NCBI GenBank assembly: GCA_963795085.1
Contig: CAWCFX010000004.1
Coordinates: 713,072-777,071 of the forward strand
Reading direction: 5' to 3'
DNA from: an uncultured Gemmatimonadales bacterium
GTDB lineage: Bacteria; Gemmatimonadota; Gemmatimonadetes; Gemmatimonadales; GWC2-71-9
DNA length: 64,000 bases
This document shows, in pieces, positions 28,680 to 36,961 of this stretch; position 1 is the first letter of the stretch, and each line of letters opens with the position of its first letter. The position numbers were made by a program, and so were the translations under genes. The notes beneath the pieces are model-generated. The model worked only from the letters and a program-made list of their open reading frames with translations. It searched no databases and had not been told where the DNA came from.

Positions 28680-29111
28680 ATGCGAATCCTCAGCCTCGCG
28701 CTGGCGGCCGTGCTGTTCCTTGCGCCCGGCGCCGAGGCGCAGGACGTGCTTCCCGCCACGACCCAGTGGGATGTCGAGTGGCGGAACCCCGACGGGTATT
28801 TCTACACGGCCGATTTCCGGCTGCTGGTCGCCGGGAGCAATGTGACGGGGGTCTGCACCTGGACCCTCCGGGCATCTCCCCGGGCGGAGGAGCAGGGCAA
28901 GGTCGGCCTCACCGGCGTCGAGTACGTGGAAGGAACCTACGATGCCCAGGGCGGCACGTTGTTCTTCAACGGGCTTCGGCTGGAGGACCCCAACGCCGTC
29001 CTCGGCATGGACCAGTACCGTCTCCTGGTGAGCCCCGGGGCCGCACGCATGGCGGGCATGACCTCGAATGGCGGAAGCTGGACCGGAGAACTGAAAGGCG
29101 CACGAAAGTAG
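28680..29111 (+). CDS. Secreted hypothetical protein, family A copy 3 (143 aa)
   Basis: Shares VLPATT.WD.EWRNP.G.FYTAD, TWTLRASPRAEEQGK and DQYRLLVSPGA with copy 1. Confidence 0.85.
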   Translation: MRILSLALAAVLFLAPGAEAQDVLPATTQWDVEWRNPDGYFYTADFRLLVAGSNVTGVCTWTLRASPRAEEQGKVGLTGVEYVEGTYDAQGGTLFFNGLRLEDPNAVLGMDQYRLLVSPGAARMAGMTSNGGSWTGELKGARK

Positions 29112-29204
29112 CAAGGCAACCGGGGGCCGGGGACTGGCGACATTGAACGCGGAAGGTATTTTCTCCCAGCCCCCGGCACCCCTTCACCCGCCACCCGCCC
29201 GTCC

Positions 29205-30551
29205 ATGACTGAAACCATCGAACGCTGGAACGCCGCCCTCAACGGTCTCGTCTGGGGCCCGCCCATGCTGATCCTCCTGGTCGGCACCGGGCTCCTCCTC
29301 ACCGTCATCACCGGCGGCATCCAGTTCCGCCACCTGGGCACCGCCCTGGGCGAGGTGCTGGGCAAGCTCCGGCAGAAGACCACCGACGCCGGTAGTGTCA
29401 CTCCCTTCCAGGCCGTCGCCACCGCGCTGGCCTCCACGGTCGGGGTCGGCAACATCGCCGGCGTGGCCACCGCGATTTTCATCGGCGGGCCGGGCGCCCT
29501 CTTCTGGCTCTGGGTCTCCGGCATCCTCGGCATGGCCACCAAGTTCAGCGAGATCGTGGTGGCACTGCACTACCGGGAACCCGATGCCTCCGGCACCATG
29601 CGGGGCGGCGCCATGTACACCCTCAAGAAGCTGGGCCTGCCGTGGCTGGGCGCCGCGTTCGCGCTGCTGACCGGGCTCGCCGCGTTCGGCATCGGCAACA
29701 TGGTGCAGGCCAACTCGGTGGCCCAGGTGCTCGGCGCATCGTTCGGAATCTCCGCGCCGGTGGTGGGCATCATTCTTATCGTCGTCACCGGCGCGGTCAT
29801 CCTCGGCGGCATCAAGCGCATCGCCCAGGTCACCGAGTACATGGTGCCGTTCATGGCGCTCTTCTACCTGGCCGGCGGCATCATCATTCTCATCCTGCGG
29901 GCCGGCGAAGTGCCCGCCGCCCTCGCCGCGGTGTTCGAAGGCGCCTTCAGCGGGAGTGCGGCCGCGGGCGGCTTCGCCGGCAGCACCATCATGATGGCCA
30001 TGCGCTTCGGGATCGCCCGGGGACTCTTCTCCAACGAGGCCGGCCTGGGGAGCGCTCCCATGGTCCACGCCGCCGCGAAGACCGACCACCCGGTGCGGCA
30101 GGGCCTCTACGGCATCTTCGAAGTGTTCGTGGACACCGTGCTGATCTGCACCGTGACCGGCCTGGTCATCCTGGTCACCGGGGTGTGGACCGGGGGCGCG
30201 ACCGGCGCCGAACTGTCGTCCCAGGCGTTCGCCGTCGGGCTCCCGGGGACCTGGGGCCACATCGTCGTCACCACCGGCCTGGTCCTGTTCGCCTACTCGA
30301 CGATCATCGGGTGGAGTTACTACGGAGAAACCGGGATGGTCTACCTCTTCGGCCCCCGGGCCACCCTGCCGTACCGCATCGCCTGGCTGGCGTTCATCTA
30401 CCTCGGCGCCACCGGGTCGCTGCACCTGGTCTGGAACATCGCCGACACGCTCAATGGCCTCATGGCCATTCCCAACCTGGTCGCTGTCCTGATGTCGCTG
30501 GGCCTCCTGCGCCGGCTGATCCGGGAATTCTTCGAGCGCAAAGACGCCTGA
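29205..30551 (+). CDS. Alanine/glycine:cation symporter (AGCS family)
   Basis: STVGVGNIAGVATAI..GGPGALFWLW, RGLFSNEAGLGSAP, FVDTVLICT, LMAIPNL. Confidence 0.93.
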   Translation: MTETIERWNAALNGLVWGPPMLILLVGTGLLLTVITGGIQFRHLGTALGEVLGKLRQKTTDAGSVTPFQAVATALASTVGVGNIAGVATAIFIGGPGALFWLWVSGILGMATKFSEIVVALHYREPDASGTMRGGAMYTLKKLGLPWLGAAFALLTGLAAFGIGNMVQANSVAQVLGASFGISAPVVGIILIVVTGAVILGGIKRIAQVTEYMVPFMALFYLAGGIIILILRAGEVPAALAAVFEGAFSGSAAAGGFAGSTIMMAMRFGIARGLFSNEAGLGSAPMVHAAAKTDHPVRQGLYGIFEVFVDTVLICTVTGLVILVTGVWTGGATGAELSSQAFAVGLPGTWGHIVVTTGLVLFAYSTIIGWSYYGETGMVYLFGPRATLPYRIAWLAFIYLGATGSLHLVWNIADTLNGLMAIPNLVAVLMSLGLLRRLIREFFERKDA

Positions 30552-32046
30552 TGCATCTCTCCGTACTGCTGCTCGCTCTCCCGCTGGCGGCGCAGGCTCC
30601 ACGTGCCGCGGCCCCGGAGATCGCGCGGTCGGTTGATACGCTGGCCGCGCGAGTCGTCGCGTCGGGCCTGAGCCCGGCGCTCGGCGTGGCCGTCGCGATG
30701 GATGGAAAGACAGTCTTCTCGAAGGCGTACGGCTGGGCCGACGCCACCGCCCGCATTCCCGCCGATGACCGGACCCTCTGGTATGTCGCCTCGACATCCA
30801 AGTCGTACACCGGGTTCGGGATCATGCTGCTGGTGGCGCAGGGGAAGCTCGGCCTGGCGACGCCGATCACCGCCCTGCTCCCCGGCGTGCAATGGCCGGA
30901 AGGGAGTGGATGCCGACCCAGCTCACGCTCGCCCGGTTCCTCGCCCATACCCACCACCTCGACGACAACGCGGTGGTGCTCAGCGCGGCCTTTACCGGCG
31001 CCATTCCCGAAAAGGAATGGCCCCGGCTGATCCGGCTGGCCCGGCCCACCGGCAACCAGGACCTGGTGTACAGCAACTTCGGCTACAACGTCGCGGCGAT
31101 GGTCATCGACCGGATCCGGCCGGAGGGATGGCGCCGCTTCCTGGAAACCGCGGTCAATGGTCCGGCCGGCATGTCCGAGACCTACACCCGGGTGAGCGGC
31201 CTGGATCCCCGGCGGATCGCGAAACCCCATGACATGGCGGGGGACAGTGGCTTCATCGCCCGCCCCTTCGAAAAGACCGATGCCACCATGAACTCCGCCG
31301 GTGGCCATCTCGCGACTCTCCACGACCTGGCCCGGTGGATGATCGTCCAGATGGACAGCGGCCGGATTGACGGGCGCCAGGTATTCCCGGCCGCGGCGGT
31401 GCTGCAGGGTCAGGAGATCCTGGGCCGGCAGACCAGGGACCGGAGCCGGCGGTTTGCATATTTCGACCGCGAGGGATGGGGAGCGGGATGGGACATCGGC
31501 TCCTATCGGGGCGAGCGGATGGTGGGCCGGTTCGGCGGCTACCACTCGTTCCGGTCCCACCTCTCCATGCTGCCGGCCCGCCGGATCGGGGTGACGGTCC
31601 AGGTCAATGGCCCGGGCGCGAGCCTGGCGACGGATATCCTGGCCGCCCTGGTCTATGATCTCGAAGCTGGCCGGCCCGATGCCCGCGCCGTCGCCTCAGC
31701 CCGGCTGGATTCGCTGGTCGGGCGCCTGCCCGCCGCCCGGCAGGGCGCCGCCGTCAGTGATTCGACGCGCCGGTCCCGGCAGCGGCCGCTCCGGCGTCCG
31801 ATCGCCGACTTCGCCGGCTCGTACACCAGCGAGGCCTACGGCACCATCGCCTTCACCAGGGATGGTGCCGGGTTGCGCTACCGCTGGGGGGTCCTGGAAG
31901 GGCCGGTGGAAGTGCTCAACGCCGAGCAGGACCGGCTCCGGATCGAGTTTGCCGGGTCCGGGTACCCGGTGTCGTTCCGATTCGAGGGCGAAGGAGTTGC
32001 TCGGGCCATCGAGGTGATGGAAGTGCGGTTTGAGAGACGGCCGTGA
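30551..32046 (+). CDS. Serine hydrolase with C-terminal DUF3471-like domain, frameshifted near 30905
   Basis: Signal peptide and STSK in the first frame; YSN, SAGG and YGTI..RYRWG in the second frame; TGATG coupling to the symporter. Confidence 0.85.
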
Positions 32047-32051
32047 ACACA

Positions 32052-32203
32052 GGGGGACAGTGGGTCAGTGGGACAGTGGGACAGTGGGTCAGTGGGACAG
32101 TGGGACAGGGGGACAGTGGGACAGTGGGACGGTGGGACAGTGGGTCAGTGGGACAGTGGGACAGTGGGACAGTGGGACAGTGGGACAGTGGGACGGTGGG
32201 ACA
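32052..32203 (+). repeat. 8-mer tandem array GTGGG(A/T)CA, about 19 units
   Basis: Starts about 6 bp after the stop codon; same family as 13895-14029 and 39792-39836. Confidence 0.95.
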
Positions 32204-32263
32204 TCCCCTCTATGGTTTAGAACTTCTGCTAGTATGAATGTCTGTCCAGCAACGGAGACTTCC

Positions 32264-33442
32264 ATGCCCCGACTCGCTCTGGCCGGCGCACTCGCCCTTG
32301 CCTTCCTCACCGCCTGCGGCTCGCCGCCGGATAACCAGGCCGGTTCCGAATCGACCCCGGGTGGGGAGGCGGGTGGGACCGCCGGCACGCCGCAGCAGGA
32401 TGGGCTGCAGGCCAACGCGCTCCGGGTCCAGCGGCTGGATATCATGGACCGCCGGGGCTTCGAGAAGCCGCTGGTGGCGTACACCATGTTCGTCCCCACC
32501 GGGTGGCGAGGGACCGGCGAGGTCGAGTACGCTCCCCCCGCCGACAATTGCGGCCCCGGCCAGCGCCTCAACTGGCAGGCCACGGCGCCCGATGGCGTGG
32601 GTACCATCTCCATCATTCCCGAGGAGAAATGGAGCTTCTCCTCCTTTCCCACCCCTCCTGACAACTGTCTCCATTCCCGGGTGGACAACACCCGCGGCTA
32701 CCTCGAGTGGTGGGTGCAGCGGAATCGTCCCGGGGCCCGGGTGCTCGACTATCGCCCCCGCCCCGAGCTGGCCCAGTCGCTCCGGCAGCTGGAGCAGGAC
32801 GCCAACGGCCTCAAGAGCTGGGCCGACGCCGGTGAACTCCTGGTTGCCTATGCCGTCAACGGCACCGAGGTGCGGGAGAGCATCGCCAGCGCCGTGTTCT
32901 TCATGCGGACCCGGTTCCCCGGAATGAACCCTGGCCAGGACATGGAAATGCTCCAGGGCATGACCTCGCCGGGCTTCGCGATGCGGATGCCGGAGGGCAA
33001 GCTGGATTTCAACGCCGCGGAAGCGCTGCGGCAGTCCATTCGATCGGCGCCGGAGTGGCAGCAACGGATGAACCAGGTGATGGCCGAGCGGGGCCGGATC
33101 AACCTGGAACACGGCCGGCGCATGTCCGAAATCAACCTGCAGGGCGCCCGGGACCGCTCGGCGATCATCGCCAATACCGCGAAAGAGATCAACGAGATCC
33201 AGATGGGCACCTGGCAGAGCCGGAGCGAGAGCATGGATCGGCAGCAGCGGGAGACCATAGAAGGGATCCGGGGCGTGGAGACCTACAATGACCCGCACTA
33301 CGGCGGCACCGTTCAGCTTTCGAATCAGTACAACCATGCCTGGCAGCTGCGCGATGGCAGCTACGTGCTGACTAACGACCCGAACTTCAACCCATCGCGG
33401 ACGCTGAACGTGGAGGGCCGGCAACTGGACCGCACGCAGTAG
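32264..33442 (+). CDS. Hypothetical lipoprotein
   Basis: GGAG RBS, lipobox LTAC, C-terminal coiled-coil-like region then IRGVETYNDP. Confidence 0.8.
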   Translation: MPRLALAGALALAFLTACGSPPDNQAGSESTPGGEAGGTAGTPQQDGLQANALRVQRLDIMDRRGFEKPLVAYTMFVPTGWRGTGEVEYAPPADNCGPGQRLNWQATAPDGVGTISIIPEEKWSFSSFPTPPDNCLHSRVDNTRGYLEWWVQRNRPGARVLDYRPRPELAQSLRQLEQDANGLKSWADAGELLVAYAVNGTEVRESIASAVFFMRTRFPGMNPGQDMEMLQGMTSPGFAMRMPEGKLDFNAAEALRQSIRSAPEWQQRMNQVMAERGRINLEHGRRMSEINLQGARDRSAIIANTAKEINEIQMGTWQSRSESMDRQQRETIEGIRGVETYNDPHYGGTVQLSNQYNHAWQLRDGSYVLTNDPNFNPSRTLNVEGRQLDRTQ

Positions 33443-33456
33443 GGAGCAGGATGGAT

Positions 33457-33501
33457 CTTGCCCTCCTTGCCCCCTTGGCCCCCTTGCCCCCTTGCCCCCT
33501 T
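33457..33501 (-). repeat. 9-mer array (CTTGCCCCC)-like x5
   Basis: Read directly, just upstream of the Smr ATG; related 8-mer at 39754-39790. Confidence 0.85.
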
Positions 33502-33508
33502 TGAGATC

Positions 33509-33853
33509 ATGTCCGGCGTCCTGACCATCAACATCAAGGCCGACATGCCCACGGTGGAGGAGGCGCGGAAGCGGCTCCTCGCCGAGCTGGCCAGTGCCAG
33601 GGCGAAGGGGTTTACCGCGATCAAGCTGATCCACGGCTACGGTTCCACGGGGCAGGGCGGGGCGCTCCGCGACGGGTTACGCCGGTCGCTGACCCTCCGG
33701 CGGAAAGAAGGAAAGATCCGGTCCTGGATCGCCGGCGAGCGCTGGGATCCCTTCGAAGCGGCGGCGCGGGAGATGATGGACGCGTGTCCCGAGCTGGCGC
33801 GGGACCGGGACATCGGGATGGGGAACGAGGGGGTGACGGTGGTGCTGTTGTGA
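33509..33853 (+). CDS. Stand-alone Smr/MutS2-domain protein
   Basis: MPTVEEAR, KLIHGYGSTG.GG.LR, GNEGVTVVLL. Confidence 0.85.
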   Translation: MSGVLTINIKADMPTVEEARKRLLAELASARAKGFTAIKLIHGYGSTGQGGALRDGLRRSLTLRRKEGKIRSWIAGERWDPFEAAAREMMDACPELARDRDIGMGNEGVTVVLL

Positions 33854-33897
33854 GTGCAGAGTGCAGAGTGCAGAGTGCAGCGTGCAGCGTGCAGCGT
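33851..33897 (+). repeat. 7-mer array (AGAGTGC/AGCGTGC)n
   Basis: Begins inside the Smr TGA stop codon. Confidence 0.95.
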
Positions 33898-33941
33898 TCC
33901 ATGCCCGATACCCGGACGGAGACCACCCCGGCGCCCATCCC

Positions 33942-34433
33942 ATGGAAATCAGATCTCCCGATCCCGCTGAAGTGGACTCGCTCGCCCGGATCTGGTACGA
34001 CGCCTGGCGGGATTCCCACCTCGAACTGCTTCCGGCCGAATTGATCCGGCATCGCACGCTGGAGAGTTTCCGGGAACGTATGGCGGCCGGCCTGGCGCAT
34101 GTGCGGGTCGCGGGCCCGCCCGGCGCGGCGGTGGGTTTCCATATGCTCAGGGGCGACGAGCTCTACCAGCTCTTCGTCGCGGCGCCGGCGCGGGGGGGCG
34201 GAGCCGCGGCCGCCCTGGTCGCGGACGCGGAGCAGCGGCTCCGGGAGGATGGTGTCGAGACCGCCTGGCTCGCGTGCGCCATCGGGAACGACCGGGCCGC
34301 CCGGTTCTACGAGAAGACCGGGTGGCGGCGGGTTGGGACCTTTGTCAGCAACCTGGAAACCCCGGACGGCACCCTCCCGCTGGAGACGTGGCGGTATGAA
34401 AAGGAACTGGGCGGGCCCCCCGCTCACGCGTGA
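33942..34433 (+). CDS. GNAT-family N-acetyltransferase
   Basis: LFVAAPARGGGAA..L (motif A), GNDRAARFYEKTGW. Confidence 0.88.
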   Translation: MEIRSPDPAEVDSLARIWYDAWRDSHLELLPAELIRHRTLESFRERMAAGLAHVRVAGPPGAAVGFHMLRGDELYQLFVAAPARGGGAAAALVADAEQRLREDGVETAWLACAIGNDRAARFYEKTGWRRVGTFVSNLETPDGTLPLETWRYEKELGGPPAHA

Positions 34434-34475
34434 GGCCCGCCCAGCCTGTCCGCCCAGGAGACTACCGCGGGGTTG

Positions 34476-35489
34476 TCACCGGGCCGCCACCGCGCCCGGC
34501 CGGCTCACCTGGAACAGTCCCACGGCTCCCTTTGTCGCGTCGGCGAAGGCGTGGGTCACAAAGGCGTAGGTGCCTTCCCCGCTATACCCCTGCATGAATT
34601 CCAGCTCGAACACCGCACCGCCGCCGGTGGGCACCGTGTAGGTCTGCACCCCATCGATCGCCTGGCGGACGTTCCCTCCGGGATACACCCGGCTGAAGAT
34701 GTTGCCTACCACGTGGAAGTCACTGCGCGCGTTGGGGCCGGCGTTCATCACGAAGAGCCGGACCCGGTCGCCTTCGGCCACCTGCAGCGGGGCGATGTCC
34801 TTGTACTGGAAGGCCCGCCCGTTGAAGGTCACGTACTGCGGGGCCCCGTTCTGCATCCGGGCCCAGTCGCCCTCGAGGATGGTGCTGTCCCCGGCGGAGC
34901 GACGGGGGTAGAAGTCGCTCTGCACCAGCACGAACTCCTTGTCCACGCTGCCGGGCCAGCCGTCTTCCGGGTCCACGATGATGGGCAGGTACATTCCCTG
35001 GGCGATATGCATCAGCGCCGGCGGCGTGCCGCAGTGCACCATGAACACGCCCGGCGTGGTGGCCTCGAACTCGAACTGGAGGCTGTCGCCCGGGGCGATG
35101 GACTTCATGGCGTGGTTCATGGGGATCTTCGAGGCATGAAAATCGATCGAGTGAGGCATGTCCTTCGCCTCGTTGACCAGCGTGATCCGGACCAGGTCGC
35201 CCTGGCGGACCCGGATCACCGGGCCGGGCACCGTGCCGCCGAAGGTCCAGCCCACGTAGCGGACCCCTTTCGCGATCTCGACGGTGTCGTGAGTCATCGG
35301 GATGCGAAACTCCTTCTGTTCCGCCCGCGATGCCGGCAGGACGGCCGCATCATATACCGGGGTCACGTTGTGGGGGGTGAGCCCGAAGTCCGTCCGCTCG
35401 GTGGCCGGGGCATTCGACCGGGTCCCGATGAAGGCGATGCCCAGCAGCAGCGTGGTGAAGGCGGTCAGGGTGATGGTCTTCGCTTTCAT
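34476..35489 (-). CDS. nirK: Copper-containing nitrite reductase (two cupredoxin domains), secreted
   Basis: PHSIDFH (type 1 His, catalytic Asp, type 2 His), HCGTPPALMHIAQGM (His, Cys, His, Met), SDFHVVG (catalytic His), YAFVTHAF (type 2 His). Confidence 0.8.
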   Translation of the reverse strand: MKAKTITLTAFTTLLLGIAFIGTRSNAPATERTDFGLTPHNVTPVYDAAVLPASRAEQKEFRIPMTHDTVEIAKGVRYVGWTFGGTVPGPVIRVRQGDLVRITLVNEAKDMPHSIDFHASKIPMNHAMKSIAPGDSLQFEFEATTPGVFMVHCGTPPALMHIAQGMYLPIIVDPEDGWPGSVDKEFVLVQSDFYPRRSAGDSTILEGDWARMQNGAPQYVTFNGRAFQYKDIAPLQVAEGDRVRLFVMNAGPNARSDFHVVGNIFSRVYPGGNVRQAIDGVQTYTVPTGGGAVFELEFMQGYSGEGTYAFVTHAFADATKGAVGLFQVSRPGAVAAR

Positions 35490-35608
35490 GGGGCTGTCCT
35501 CGTGACGTGAGTGCGCGGAACCCGGGGTCCGGGGATTCGATGCTGGGAGGATAGAGCGGGGCGGGAAAAAGCGGGGTGAAGGGGACGTGAAGGATCGTTC
35601 AGCTTCCC

Positions 35609-35686
35609 TGCACTCTGCACTCTGCACTCTGCACTCTGCACTCTGCACTCTGCACTCTGTACTCTGTCACTCTGCCCTCTGCCCCT
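35609..35686 (-). repeat. 7-mer array (GCACTCT)n, i.e. AGAGTGC on the - strand
   Basis: Directly follows the RES gene stop on the - strand; inverted relative to 33851-33897. Confidence 0.95.
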
Positions 35687-36140
35687 ACCTTCCCACCAGC
35701 CTCGGATCAAACCGGAACGCCCGCTCGGCCACCACCGTCACCTTCGCGAAGGCGGGATGGCCAGGGTGGAGGATCAGGTTCGATTCCTCGGGAACCAGCG
35801 CGGACGGTACCAGCAGCGACAGCGAGTCTCCGGTGGCGAGCCAGCGGGCTCCGTAGTCGGCGCACCAGGGATGCTCCGGGATCCGCTGCCAATCGGCGGG
35901 AAGTTCGACCGGGTCCAGCCGGTGGACCGGCTGGTCGGGCAACTCAATGGTGAGAGCGATCAGGTCAGAAGGGGCCTGGGCAATCTCGAGATGAACCAGG
36001 TATTCCAGTGCCGCGAGCGAGAGGGTCGTCGAGGTGTACACCGCGGCGGTTCCCGGCCGGTTCCATCGCCCGCCATACCGGAACGCCCCCTCGCCGTCCA
36101 GTGCCCGATAGGCCGCTCGACACAGCCGATAGACGATCAC
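35685..36140 (-). CDS. RES-domain toxin (NAD+ phosphorylase family)
   Basis: YRL, GGRWN..G..VYTS..LSLAALE, LLVPSALVP.E.N, FDPRL. Confidence 0.9.
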   Translation of the reverse strand: MIVYRLCRAAYRALDGEGAFRYGGRWNRPGTAAVYTSTTLSLAALEYLVHLEIAQAPSDLIALTIELPDQPVHRLDPVELPADWQRIPEHPWCADYGARWLATGDSLSLLVPSALVPEESNLILHPGHPAFAKVTVVAERAFRFDPRLVGR

Positions 36141-36146
36141 CGGGAC

Positions 36147-36584
36147 TCAGCTGGCGATGCCGTGCTCGATCCGGCCCAGCACCCGCTCGACCGCGAGCGA
36201 GCCGGCATCGCTCCCGAGGAGCGAGATGGGCGTCCGCCCGCCCAGGGCTCGGTTGGGCGCGGCGAGCCAGGGGCGCACCTGTCCCGGGTTGCCCAGGGCC
36301 GCTTCGGTTCGGACCACCATGCGGGCCAGCCGCGCCAGCCGGTCGGACTCCTCGGCGGAGAGGGTAGTCCCCTGGGAGCGCTTGCGCTGCAGGGTGCGGG
36401 CGCTGCCCACCACCCCATACACATCGGCCTGGGAGACGAACTCGCCCACCAGGTCGCCCAGCAGCGTGTCCAGCGCCTTCACCGGAAGCCCGGCCCTGAT
36501 GGCGGAATCCAGCTCCAGGTCGCTCTTGAACTTGCGGCGGAACACCCGGTACCCGCCCAGTTTCTCCATGACCACGTTTTCCAT
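36147..36584 (-). CDS. Xre/MbcA/ParS-type antitoxin
   Basis: RTLQRK...LSAEESDRL.RLAR, WL..PNRALGGRTP.SLL....G...VERVLGRIEHG; directly upstream of the RES toxin. Confidence 0.9.
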   Translation of the reverse strand: MENVVMEKLGGYRVFRRKFKSDLELDSAIRAGLPVKALDTLLGDLVGEFVSQADVYGVVGSARTLQRKRSQGTTLSAEESDRLARLARMVVRTEAALGNPGQVRPWLAAPNRALGGRTPISLLGSDAGSLAVERVLGRIEHGIAS

Positions 36585-36640
36585 GCCCGCTCCATGCGCC
36601 AAATGACGTATACAAGTTACCCGGAGGGCGGGGCGAAAGC

Positions 36641-36940
36641 AATTGGGGGAATGGGAATGGGAATGGGGAATTGAGGGAATTGAGGGAATGAGGGAATTGA
36701 GGGAATGTGGGAATTGTAAAGGCATCCTCCAATTCCAACATTCCCTCAATTCCACCATTCCCTCAATTCCCCCATTCCCTCAATTCCCCCATTCCCTCAA
36801 TTCCAACATTCCCTCACTTCCAACATTCCCTCAATTCCAACATTCCCTCAATTCCCCCATTCCCTCAATTCCAACATTCCCTCAATTCCAACATTCCCTC
36901 AATTCCAACATTCCCTCAATTCCAACATTCCCTCAATTCC
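36641..36940. repeat. Head-to-head 8/9-mer array: (GGGAATTGA/GGGAATG)n then (AATTCCAACATTCCCTC)n
   Basis: G-rich arm about 36641-36717, C-rich arm about 36729-36940, between divergent genes; same family as 563-692. Confidence 0.95.
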
Positions 36941-36961
36941 TCCTTTCCCTTACCTTGCGAC

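Noticed and set aside
29112..29204. Glycine riboswitch upstream of the Ala/Gly symporter
   Set aside because: The gap is only about 90 bp and lacks the GGAGA/CCGAAG/CTCTCAGG elements; only a GC-rich inverted repeat is present
592..36961. Repeat-derived peptides and N-terminal extensions (ELRELRE, SGTVGQWD, QSAECRV, NSLNSNIPSIP)
   Set aside because: They are translations of stop-poor tandem arrays; better starts with an RBS or signal peptide lie downstream
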